From positions 1,656,616 through 1,720,615 of the forward strand of contig OZ245843.1 in the NCBI GenBank assembly GCA_965228875.1: a DNA stretch of 64,000 nt, written 5' to 3'. The position numbers and the translations under genes are program-made. Of the stretch, positions 9,075 through 18,039 are shown in pieces. Numbering within the stretch: the first letter of the stretch is position 1; every line of letters begins with the position of its first letter. A model generated the notes under the pieces. The model made no database searches, had not been told where the DNA came from, and worked only from the letters and a program-made list of their open reading frames with translations. The stretch comes from Thalassobaculaceae bacterium. GTDB lineage: Bacteria > Pseudomonadota > Alphaproteobacteria > Thalassobaculales > Thalassobaculaceae.

Positions 9075-9683
9075 CTAAGCGGAGGCGGCCGCCCCTGCTC
9101 CCGTCGGCGGCCCCGCGCTCCGGGCGCCCGCCACGGGACAGAGATCCGGGAGCGACAGGCAGACGATCCGGTGCGGCATCGCCGCCTCGCGGGTCTCGAC
9201 GCTGGACAATCGGTTGAGGCGCACGTCGTACAGGCTCAGGCCGATCAGCGACCCGACGATCCCGTCCGGGTCTCTGAGTGGCAGAACCAGACGCTCAGCG
9301 CGATGCACATGGTGCGTGTCCGGCAGACGCCGGGTCGACGAGTAGAGGAGGCCGGGAAGCGATCTGGCGCCGCGCCAGCGCTCGACAAGGACATCGCGCT
9401 GATCGGGGCCGACGATCCTCGCGAGCGTCCGCCCCCTTATGGAATTGCCCCAGACGGTGTTCACCCCGTCGCCCGCCAGATCGCAGACATAGTCGCCGGC
9501 ATCGGCGCACCAGCGGTAGATCCAGATGAACGGAAGCAGCGGGAAGACGGTCAGTGGGTCGAACTCCGAGCGGCGCGGGACGATGTCGCCATCGCACGCC
9601 GCTTGCCAGCCCTCGAACATCTGGAAGATTCGGGGGTCGGCATCCGGGATCTGCGCGCGCAGAAGATCGACCGGGCCACTCAC
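9075..9683 (-). CDS. Stand-alone PAS_5 (DUF1457-like) domain protein (start uncertain)
   Basis: W...CDGDIVPRRSEFDPL...LLPFIWI...LAGD...RGRTL...ERLVLPL...LIG. Confidence 0.7.
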   Translation of the reverse strand: MSGPVDLLRAQIPDADPRIFQMFEGWQAACDGDIVPRRSEFDPLTVFPLLPFIWIYRWCADAGDYVCDLAGDGVNTVWGNSIRGRTLARIVGPDQRDVLVERWRGARSLPGLLYSSTRRLPDTHHVHRAERLVLPLRDPDGIVGSLIGLSLYDVRLNRLSSVETREAAMPHRIVCLSLPDLCPVAGARSAGPPTGAGAAASA

Positions 9684-9807
9684 GATGCCGGTCCCCGGAG
9701 GGGTGATCGCGTCGCGAGCGGTTGATTTGCCATCGCCGTCGGGAAGATCATTGGAGCCATACAAGAAATGACCGCGTGCTCGTTGCGCGGCGCCGGAGGG
9801 ACAGACC

Positions 9808-10575
9808 ATGCTCAGCGACGCCGAGATCACCCATTATCACGACAAAGGTTACGTGTTCCCTAACTACCGCCTGCCGCCGGAGACGCTACAGGCGATCCGC
9901 GACGACCACGCACGGCTGCTGGCCCGTCATCCGGAGTTTCGCGACAACTGCCCCGACCTGCTGTCGTTCGACACCGGCTTCCTCAACTACGCCCGCAACG
10001 ACGCGATCCTCGACATGGTGGCGCAGCTCATCGGCCCGGACATTGCCCTGTGGAACATGAGCTTCTTCGCCAAACCGGCCTTGAACGGCAAGCGTACGCC
10101 CTGGCATCAGGACGGCGCCTACTGGCCGATCCGCCCGCTGGCCACCTGCACGGTGTGGATCGCCGTCGACGACGCCACGCCGGAGAACGGGTGCATGCGT
10201 TTCATTCCGGGCTCCCACCGTTCGAAGGATCTGGCGCCCCACGACCTGAAGAGCGATCCGTCGCTGACCCTGAGCCAGGAGCTTTCGGCCGGCACCTTCG
10301 ACGAGGCCGAGGCGGTCGACGTCGCGCTCGAGGCCGGGCAGATCTCGCTCCACGACGTCTATCTCTATCACGGGTCAGAGGCGAACACGTCGAGCCGACC
10401 GCGCCGAGGCATGACCCTGCGGCTGATGCCGACCGGTTCGGTCTACGACCGGGAGATCGCCCGCGAGGCCTACCGGGAGCGCGGCGACTACGATCAGTCG
10501 GTCCGCAGCCTGTTCCTGCTGCGCGGAGAGGACCGTTCCGGACGCAACGATTTCCGGGTCCGCGGCCTCGCCTGA
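9808..10575 (+). CDS. Phytanoyl-CoA dioxygenase-family Fe(II)/2OG oxygenase
   Basis: FFAKP, PWHQD, TVWIAVDDATPENGCMRFIPGSH and HGSEAN...RRG. RBS GGAGGG. Confidence 0.9.
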   Translation: MLSDAEITHYHDKGYVFPNYRLPPETLQAIRDDHARLLARHPEFRDNCPDLLSFDTGFLNYARNDAILDMVAQLIGPDIALWNMSFFAKPALNGKRTPWHQDGAYWPIRPLATCTVWIAVDDATPENGCMRFIPGSHRSKDLAPHDLKSDPSLTLSQELSAGTFDEAEAVDVALEAGQISLHDVYLYHGSEANTSSRPRRGMTLRLMPTGSVYDREIAREAYRERGDYDQSVRSLFLLRGEDRSGRNDFRVRGLA

Positions 10576-10689
10576 GCCCCGTTCGGTCGCCGGTTTTCGT
10601 GTGGGCGCGGTCCAGGCGTTAACCTTTTGTTTGAACTCTGGTGTCAAACAGGTATCGCGTTTCGAATACCAGGACAGGGGTCAGGGACA

Positions 10690-13413
10690 ATGGATGAACT
10701 GCTGAGCGAGTTTCTCACCGAGACGGCGGAAGGCCTGGCCGAACTCGACGTCGAGATCGTCAAGCTGGAGCAGAATCCGAACGATGCCGGGCTGATCGCG
10801 AGCATCTTCCGGATCGTGCACACCATCAAGGGCACGTGCGGGTTCATCGGCCTGCCACGGCTAGAGACGCTGGCCCACGCCGCCGAGAACGTCCTCGGCA
10901 AGTACCGGGACCGGGAGCTCGAGGTCACCCCCACCTCGGTCACGGTGATCCTGGCCTCCCTCGACCGCATCAAAAGCATCCTGGCCCACATTGAAGCGAC
11001 CGAGCACGAGCCCGAAGGCAGCGACGACGACCTGATCGCGCAGCTCAACGACCTGGCCGAGGGCCGCACCCCCGACGCAGACGCCGCGGCCGCGCCGGCC
11101 GAGGCCCCCGAAGAAGCGCCCGAGGAGATCGCCGAGGCGCCGATCGAGGACGACCTGGACGCCCCGATCCCGGGCGCCGATGCGATCGGCACCCGTCCCG
11201 GCGAGGTGCCGCTGGACGAGCTGGAGCGCGCGTTCATGGAAGCTCCGGGTCCGGAGGCGGAAGCCGCCGCCGAGCCGGAGGTCACGCCCGAGCCCGAGCT
11301 TCCGGCCGCGCCGCCGTCGGTCCCCGCCGTCGCCGAGAAGGCGCCGGAGCCGACGATGGAGGCGGCACCGGTCGAGTCGAAGGCCGCCGCCCAGAACATT
11401 CGCGTCAATGTCGACCTGCTCGAGAACCTGATGACCATGGTTTCCGAGCTGGTGCTGACCCGAAACCAGCTTCTGCAGATCGCCCGCAGCAACGGTCAGG
11501 AGATCGAGGGCTTCAGCGTGCCGCTGCAACGCCTGAGCCAGGTCACCTCCGAGCTGCAGGAAGGGGTGATGAAGACCCGCATGCAGCCGATCGGCAACGC
11601 CTGGTCGAAGCTGCCGCGGATCGTGCGCGACCTCGCCCACGAGCTGAACAAGAAGATCGAGCTCGTGATGCAGGGCGCCGACACCGAACTGGACCGTCAG
11701 GTGCTCGAGCTGATCAAGGATCCGCTCACCCACATGGTCCGCAACTCCGCCGATCACGGCATCGAGGATCCGGCCACCCGCCTCGCCTTCGGCAAGTCCG
11801 AGACCGGCCATATCCGTCTGAACGCCTATCACGAGGGCGGCCACATCATCATCGAGATCGCCGATGACGGTAAGGGCATCGACGCCGAGAAGATCCGGGA
11901 CAAGGCGATCGAAAAGGGCGTGGTCGGCGCCGCCGACGCCGCCAACATGTCAGATCAGCAGATCCTGCAGCTGATCTTCAAGCCCGGCTTCTCGACCGCC
12001 GAGAAGATCACCAGCGTCTCCGGCCGCGGCGTCGGCATGGACGTGGTGAAGACCAACATCGAGAAGATCGGCGGCACCGTCGACCTGACCAGCCATGTCG
12101 GCAAGGGGTCGACCTTCAAGATCAAGATCCCGCTGACCCTCGCCATCGTCTCCGCCCTGATCGTGGCCTCCTCCGGCGAGCGCTTCGCGATCCCGCAGCT
12201 CTCCGTCCTGGAACTGGTCAAGACCACGACCGACGGGCCGAACCGCATCGAGACGGTTCAGGGCACGCGCGTCATGCGCCTGCGCGACCGGCTGCTGCCG
12301 CTGGTCTCCCTGCGCGAGTTGCTGCGCCTGGACGAGGCCGAGGCCGGAACCTCCACCGAGACCTTCGTCGTCGTCATGCAGGTCGGCACCTACTCCTTCG
12401 GCCTGCTGGTCGACAAGGTGTTCGACACCGAGGAGATCGTGGTCAAGCCGGTGGCTCCGGTGCTGCGCGACCTGACCGTGTTCTCCGGCAACACCATCCT
12501 CGGCGACGGTTCCGTGATCATGATCCTGGATCCCAACGGCATCGCCCAGGAGACCGGCGAGGTCGTGGTGCCGGATCAGGCCGACTACGACGAGAGCGAC
12601 CAGTACGACATGTCGCTCGAGGAGCAGACCCTGCTGCTGTTCAAGTCCGGCGACGACGGCCCCAAGGCGGTCCCGCTGTCCCTGGTGGCGCGCATCGAGA
12701 TGCTCGAACTCAAGACGGTCGAGCATTCCGAAGGCCGGCCGCTGGTGCAGTACCGCGGCTCGCTGATGCCGCTGGTGCTCTGCAAGGGCGCCAAGCCGCT
12801 GGAACGCGAAGGTCAGCGTCCCGCGCTGGTGTTCACCGACGACGGCAAGTCGATGGGCCTGGTGGTCGACGAGATCCTCGACGTGGTCGAGGACCGGATC
12901 GACGTGACCATCGCCCCGGACGGCGCCGGCATGATGGGTTCGGCGATCATCAAGGACAAGGCGACCGACATTGTCGATGCCGGCTTCTACCTGACCGAGG
13001 CCTTCGGCGACTGGTTCCGCCAGTCCCGTCCGGGCGTCGGCAACACCAGCAAGCGCCGCCTGCTTCTGGTCGACGACAGCGCGTTCTTCCGCAACCTGAT
13101 GACGCCGCTGCTCGCCACCTCCGGCTACAAGGTGGTGCCGGTCGACAGCGCGACGCGGGCCCTGGAACTGTGCGAGCAGGGCGCGATGTTCGACCTGATC
13201 GTCACCGATATCGAGATGCCCGACATGGACGGCTTCGACTTCGCGGAGAAGCTGAAGGAGACCGGCTGGGCCGATGTGCCCGTGGTCGCTCTGTCGTCGC
13301 GCACCTCCGACCAGGACCTGGAGCGGGGCCACGAGGTCGGCTTCGCCGACTACGTCGCCAAGTCGGACCGCGACGCCCTGCTCGACGCCCTGCCCGAGCT
13401 GCTCAAGGAGTAG
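10690..13413 (+). CDS. cheA: Hybrid chemotaxis histidine kinase CheA (Hpt-dimer-HATPase-CheW-CheW-REC)
   Basis: IFRIVHTIKGTCGF Hpt, IRVNVDLLENLM, HMVRNSADHG, GFSTAEKITSVSGRGVGMDVV, two CheW-like domains and a C-terminal receiver (LLVDDS...TDIEMP). Confidence 0.95.
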   Translation: MDELLSEFLTETAEGLAELDVEIVKLEQNPNDAGLIASIFRIVHTIKGTCGFIGLPRLETLAHAAENVLGKYRDRELEVTPTSVTVILASLDRIKSILAHIEATEHEPEGSDDDLIAQLNDLAEGRTPDADAAAAPAEAPEEAPEEIAEAPIEDDLDAPIPGADAIGTRPGEVPLDELERAFMEAPGPEAEAAAEPEVTPEPELPAAPPSVPAVAEKAPEPTMEAAPVESKAAAQNIRVNVDLLENLMTMVSELVLTRNQLLQIARSNGQEIEGFSVPLQRLSQVTSELQEGVMKTRMQPIGNAWSKLPRIVRDLAHELNKKIELVMQGADTELDRQVLELIKDPLTHMVRNSADHGIEDPATRLAFGKSETGHIRLNAYHEGGHIIIEIADDGKGIDAEKIRDKAIEKGVVGAADAANMSDQQILQLIFKPGFSTAEKITSVSGRGVGMDVVKTNIEKIGGTVDLTSHVGKGSTFKIKIPLTLAIVSALIVASSGERFAIPQLSVLELVKTTTDGPNRIETVQGTRVMRLRDRLLPLVSLRELLRLDEAEAGTSTETFVVVMQVGTYSFGLLVDKVFDTEEIVVKPVAPVLRDLTVFSGNTILGDGSVIMILDPNGIAQETGEVVVPDQADYDESDQYDMSLEEQTLLLFKSGDDGPKAVPLSLVARIEMLELKTVEHSEGRPLVQYRGSLMPLVLCKGAKPLEREGQRPALVFTDDGKSMGLVVDEILDVVEDRIDVTIAPDGAGMMGSAIIKDKATDIVDAGFYLTEAFGDWFRQSRPGVGNTSKRRLLLVDDSAFFRNLMTPLLATSGYKVVPVDSATRALELCEQGAMFDLIVTDIEMPDMDGFDFAEKLKETGWADVPVVALSSRTSDQDLERGHEVGFADYVAKSDRDALLDALPELLKE

Positions 13414-13447
13414 CTCCGGCGACCGCATTCCCTCCCCAGCTCAAACT

Positions 13448-13476
13448 CGGGCGCCCTCGCGGCGCCCGTTTTTTTT
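13448..13476 (+). terminator. Intrinsic terminator after cheA
   Basis: cgggcgcc-ctcgc-ggcgcccg followed by T8. Confidence 0.85.
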
Positions 13477-13597
13477 ACCGACCGTCTCCGGCATGCCTGC
13501 CCCGTGGCGATCCGGCCTGCAGTCCGCATCTTCCCGGCCCGACCGACCTGCGGCTAGACTTCCTTCAACGACAAAAAAACCGCCTTGAGGGAGAGAC

Positions 13598-14542
13598 ATG
13601 CCCGAGACCTTCGCGGTCGCCGGAGCCGGCCTGATCGGTCGCGCCTGGTCCATCGTTTTCGCGCGCGCCGGCCATCACGTGAAACTCTGGGACGGATCGT
13701 CCGATGCGCTGGCGGCATCGCTTCCGCTGCTCCGTGCCAACCTGGACGATCTCGAGGCCCAGGGTCTGATCGACAGTGCCGAAGCGGTGGCCGAACGGGT
13801 GACGCCCGCCGCCTCGCTCGCGGACGCGCTCGACGGCGCGCGCTGGATGCAGGAATGCATCGCGGAAACCGTCGAGGCGAAGCTCGGCCTGTTCGCCGAG
13901 GCCGACCGATATGCCGAGCCGGACGCCATCCTCGCCTCCTCCTCCTCGTCGATCACCGCCTCGAAATACACCGAGGCGCTGGACGGCCGGTTGCGCTGCC
14001 TCGTCGCCCACCCCGTCAATCCGCCCTATCTCGTGCCGCTGGTCGAGCTCTGCCCGGCGCCGTGGACCGATCCGGCCGTCGTCGAGCGCGCCCGGCAGAC
14101 CATGGACTCCGTCGGTATGGTCCCGGTGGCGGTCAACCGGGAGGTCGAGGGTTTCGTGCTGAACCGGCTGCAGGGCGCCCTGCTGGCCGAGGCGTTCAAG
14201 CTGGTGGCGGACGGGGTGATCTCCAGCGACGACCTGGACAAGACGGTCAAGGATGGGCTCGGCCTGCGCTGGTCCTTCATGGGGCCGTTCGAGACCATCG
14301 ACCTGAACGCGCCCGGCGGCGTCGCCGACTACTGCAAGCGCTATGGCGGCATCTACGAGCGCCTGCAGGCCGAACAGGCCGAGATCCGGGTCTGGGACGA
14401 CGATACCGTCAAACGGATCGAGGCGGAGCGGCGCAAATCGCTCTCTGCCGACGGCCTCGACACCCGCCAGGTCTGGCGCGACCGCCGGCTGATGGCGTTG
14501 CTCAAGCACAAGAAGGCCGCGAGCGACGAATTCGGGAGCTGA
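13598..14542 (+). CDS. 3-hydroxyacyl-CoA dehydrogenase family (lambda-crystallin / L-gulonate 3-dehydrogenase-like)
   Basis: GAGLIGRAWS, QECIAE, LASSSS, AHPVNPPY, GFVLNRLQ and GLGLRWSFMGPFETIDLNA. Confidence 0.88.
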   Translation: MPETFAVAGAGLIGRAWSIVFARAGHHVKLWDGSSDALAASLPLLRANLDDLEAQGLIDSAEAVAERVTPAASLADALDGARWMQECIAETVEAKLGLFAEADRYAEPDAILASSSSSITASKYTEALDGRLRCLVAHPVNPPYLVPLVELCPAPWTDPAVVERARQTMDSVGMVPVAVNREVEGFVLNRLQGALLAEAFKLVADGVISSDDLDKTVKDGLGLRWSFMGPFETIDLNAPGGVADYCKRYGGIYERLQAEQAEIRVWDDDTVKRIEAERRKSLSADGLDTRQVWRDRRLMALLKHKKAASDEFGS

Positions 14543-14545
14543 ACC

Positions 14546-16744
14546 ATGCCGAAACGCGTCAAGCTGACCACCGATACCCCCTGGGTCGAGATCCGTTCGA
14601 CCCCGGCGGACTGGAGAAAGGCGGGGCGCGACGGGCTCCTGCCCCTGCTCCACCGCATGCACCTTGTCCGCGCCTTCGAGGAATCGGTCCTGGAACTGGC
14701 GGCGGAAGGTCTGGTGCACGGCCCGGCCCACTCCTCGATCGGCCAGGAGGGGGCGGCGGTCGGCGCCATCGTCGATCTCGTTCCCGGCGACCAGATCAAC
14801 GGCTCCCACCGCTCGCACCACCAGTTTCTGGCCAAGGCCTTGGGCGCCGTCCTGCACGAGCAGAAGGTCGACCCGCTGGACGATGCCGAGCATCCGGCGA
14901 TCGCGCCGATGCTGCGCGCCGGCCTGGCCGAGATCATGGGGCTCGCCCCCGGCATGACCGGCGGGCGCGGCGGATCGATGCATCTACGCTGGGACGAGGC
15001 CGGGGTGATCGGCTCCAACGCCATCGTCGGCGGCGGCGTGCCCTTCGCGCTCGGGGCCGCGTGGTCCCGCATGCGGGCCGGCACCGGCGACGTGGCCGTG
15101 ACCTTCTTCGGCGACGGCGCCCTCAACATCGGCGCCGTTCTGGAGAGCCTCAACCTCGCGGCGGTGTGGAACCTGCCGATCTGCTTCTTCGTCGAGAACA
15201 ACCAGATCGCCGTCGCCACAACCCCGGAGGAGTCGACCCGCGAGACCAGGCTGTCGGCCCGCGGCCTCGCCTTCGGCATTCCGTCCTTCACCTGCGACGG
15301 GATGGACCCGCTGGCGGTCAGGCTGGCCATGGCCGAGGCGCTGGACCTGTTGCGCGCCGGTAGGGGACCGACCATCGTCGAGGCCGTGACCTACCGGTAT
15401 TTCCATCAGTCCGGCCCCCTGCCCGGTTCCGCCTTCGACTATCGCACCAAGGCCGAGGAGGAGATCTGGAAGGCACGGGACCCGATCAGGCGAGTGGCGA
15501 AGGAGATGACCGATCTCGGCCTGATCGAGGCCGGCGACGACGACCGCATCCGCGAGCGATCGGTGCGGACCATGAACACGGTGGTCTCGGGCCTGGTCGA
15601 GCCCGAGGGCAACGGCCGGCGCATCGTTCCGGCCCTGTGGCCCGCGGCGGAGAGTGTCGATGCCGGATTGCGCGGCACGGGCGACGAGTTCGCCGGCATC
15701 GCCTTCACCGAGCAGGAGACCTTTTCCGGCAGGCTCGGGACCCGGAAGTTCATCGACGTCGTCTCCGAGGTGATGGACGCGCGCATGGCCGCCGACGAGC
15801 GGGTCTTCGTTCTCGGCGAGGACATCCATCGCCTGCGCGGCGGCACCAACGGCGCGACCAAGGGGCTCTACGCCAAGTACCCCGGACGCATCCTGCCGAC
15901 CCCGATCTGCGAGCAGAGCTTCGCCGGGTTCGCCGGCGGCGTGGCCGTGGACGGCCGTTACCGCCCCGTGGTCGAGTTCATGTACCCGGACTTCTCCATG
16001 GTCGCCGCCGACCAGCTGTTCAACCAGATCGGCAAGGCCCGGCACATGTTCGGCGACACGCTCGCCATGCCGCTGGTGGTGCGCACCAAGGTCGCCATGG
16101 GGTCCGGCTACGGCTCGCAGCACTCCATGGACCCGTCCGGGCTGTACGCCATGTTCCCCGGCTGGCGCATAGTCGCGCCGTCGACGCCGTTCGACTATGT
16201 CGGGCTGATGAATTCGGCCCTGACCAGCGAGGACCCGGTGCTGGTCCTGGAGCATATCGAGCTCTACGCCAGCGACGGCCCCGGCCCGGTCGAGGATCTC
16301 GGCTATCACATCGAACTCGGCAAGGCGAAGGTGGTGCGCGCCGGCGGTACCCTGACCGTCGCCACCTACCTCGCGATGGTGCCGAAGGTGCTGGCGGCGG
16401 TGGAGCGGCTCGGCGTCGACGCCGAGGTGATAGACCTGCGCAGCCTCGACCGCGCCAGCCTGGACTGGGCCACCATCGAGGCCAGCGTGCGCAAGACCGG
16501 CACCCTGGTCGTCGCCGAGCAGGGGCCGCTGACCGCCAGCTTCGGCCAGATCCTCGCCGACGAGGCGCAGCGCCGGCTGTTCGACTGGCTCGACGCCCCG
16601 GTCATGCGCATTCACGGCGCCGAGGCCTCGCCGACCATCTCCAAGGTCCTGGAACAGGCCGCCATCGCCAACGACGCGGTGATCGAGGCCGGCCTGCGGG
16701 ACGCCCTGACCGCTATCGGGCGCGGCCTGGAGGCGGCAGAATAG
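14546..16744 (+). CDS. Fused TPP-dependent 2-oxoacid/acetoin dehydrogenase E1 alpha+beta
   Basis: HSSIGQEG, GRGGSMH, TPP motif GDGA...ENN; beta half with GEDI, TPICE, GSQHS and VIDLRSL. Confidence 0.92.
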   Translation: MPKRVKLTTDTPWVEIRSTPADWRKAGRDGLLPLLHRMHLVRAFEESVLELAAEGLVHGPAHSSIGQEGAAVGAIVDLVPGDQINGSHRSHHQFLAKALGAVLHEQKVDPLDDAEHPAIAPMLRAGLAEIMGLAPGMTGGRGGSMHLRWDEAGVIGSNAIVGGGVPFALGAAWSRMRAGTGDVAVTFFGDGALNIGAVLESLNLAAVWNLPICFFVENNQIAVATTPEESTRETRLSARGLAFGIPSFTCDGMDPLAVRLAMAEALDLLRAGRGPTIVEAVTYRYFHQSGPLPGSAFDYRTKAEEEIWKARDPIRRVAKEMTDLGLIEAGDDDRIRERSVRTMNTVVSGLVEPEGNGRRIVPALWPAAESVDAGLRGTGDEFAGIAFTEQETFSGRLGTRKFIDVVSEVMDARMAADERVFVLGEDIHRLRGGTNGATKGLYAKYPGRILPTPICEQSFAGFAGGVAVDGRYRPVVEFMYPDFSMVAADQLFNQIGKARHMFGDTLAMPLVVRTKVAMGSGYGSQHSMDPSGLYAMFPGWRIVAPSTPFDYVGLMNSALTSEDPVLVLEHIELYASDGPGPVEDLGYHIELGKAKVVRAGGTLTVATYLAMVPKVLAAVERLGVDAEVIDLRSLDRASLDWATIEASVRKTGTLVVAEQGPLTASFGQILADEAQRRLFDWLDAPVMRIHGAEASPTISKVLEQAAIANDAVIEAGLRDALTAIGRGLEAAE

Positions 16745-16749
16745 GCACC

Positions 16750-17250
16750 ATGACCGAGATCCTGGATACCGACCGCGACGCGGTGCGCCGCCGCCTCGCC
16801 ATCTCCGACGCGGCCCGCGCCGTCTTCGCCATACCCGACGACTGGCAGGCCGGCATGGCGCGGGTGGTCGAGTGGTCGGATGTCGACGCCTTCGCCCATG
16901 CCAATCACACCAGCTTCCTGTTGTGGTTCGAGGCGGCGCGGAACCTGTATCTGGAGGCCATGGGCCTGCCCCGCCACGCGGTCGACAAGCCGGGTCCGGT
17001 GATGATGAGTCTCGCCACCCGCTACCTGTCGCCGCTCGCCTATCACGATCCGGTCTTCGTCACCGCCCGGGTCAAGTCGATGCGCCGCACCTCCTTCGTC
17101 ATGGAGTACGCCGCCTGGGGCAAGGCGGGTTGTGCGTGTACCTGCGAGGCGGTGCTGGTGCTGATGATCAACGCGACGGGCGAGAAGGTGGCGATCCCCG
17201 ACGACGTCCGCGCCGCCATGCGCGCACTCGACGGGCCGCAGGAACAGTGA
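16750..17250 (+). CDS. Acyl-CoA thioesterase (4HBT/YbgC hotdog fold)
   Basis: VEWSDVDAFAHANHTSFLLWFEAAR. The true start is ATG 16750, inside the longer track ORF 15637..17250. Confidence 0.85.
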   Translation: MTEILDTDRDAVRRRLAISDAARAVFAIPDDWQAGMARVVEWSDVDAFAHANHTSFLLWFEAARNLYLEAMGLPRHAVDKPGPVMMSLATRYLSPLAYHDPVFVTARVKSMRRTSFVMEYAAWGKAGCACTCEAVLVLMINATGEKVAIPDDVRAAMRALDGPQEQ

Positions 17251-17260
17251 AGGAACCCAG

Positions 17261-18031
17261 ATGACCGAACAGACCCATACCGGCCGCGTCGCCGTCGTCA
17301 CCGGGGCCGGATCCGGGATCGGGCGGGCGATCGCCGAGGCGCTGGCCGCCGCCGGAGCCACCGTCGCCGTGCTCGACGCCAACGGCAACACGGCCGAGGA
17401 GACCGCCGGGCGGATCGCTGGCGCCGGCCACAAGGCGATGGCGCTGACCTGCGACGTCGCGGCCTGGGACGACGTCGCCGCCGCCGCGCGGGAGATCGAG
17501 ACCGCGCTCGGCCCGGCGGACATTCTGGTCAACAACGCCGGCATCTCGCCCAAGCACGGCGGCAAGCCGGCCGCGTCCCTGGAGATGGACCCGGCGGAAT
17601 GGGCGCAGGTCATGGCCGTGAACCTCAGCGGCGCGTTCCACGGCATCCGCGCCTTCGGCCCCGCCATGGCCAAGCGCGGCTGGGGTTCGATCGTCAACCA
17701 GTCCTCGGTCGCCGGCAAGCGGCACGTGCACTTCGTCGGCCTGCACTACTCCGCGACCAAGGCCGGACTAATCGGCCTGACCAAGCAACTCGCCGGCGAG
17801 CTCGGCCCGGACAACGTGAACGTCAACGCCCTCGCCCCCGGCCGCATCGCCACGCCGCTGATGCGCGGGGTCGATCCGGCGGTGAACGAGGCGATCCGTC
17901 TGGACACGCCCATGCGCCGGATCGGCACGCCGGAGGACGTCTCCGGCGCGGTCCTGTACCTCACCTCCGAGGCCGGGCATTTCGTCACCGGCCAGGTGCT
18001 CGACGTCGCCGGCGGCTGGATGATGAGCTGA
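17261..18031 (+). CDS. Short-chain dehydrogenase/reductase (FabG-like)
   Basis: TGAGSGIG, LVNNAG, YSATK and NALAPG. Confidence 0.93.
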   Translation: MTEQTHTGRVAVVTGAGSGIGRAIAEALAAAGATVAVLDANGNTAEETAGRIAGAGHKAMALTCDVAAWDDVAAAAREIETALGPADILVNNAGISPKHGGKPAASLEMDPAEWAQVMAVNLSGAFHGIRAFGPAMAKRGWGSIVNQSSVAGKRHVHFVGLHYSATKAGLIGLTKQLAGELGPDNVNVNALAPGRIATPLMRGVDPAVNEAIRLDTPMRRIGTPEDVSGAVLYLTSEAGHFVTGQVLDVAGGWMMS

Positions 18032-18039
18032 GGAACGCC

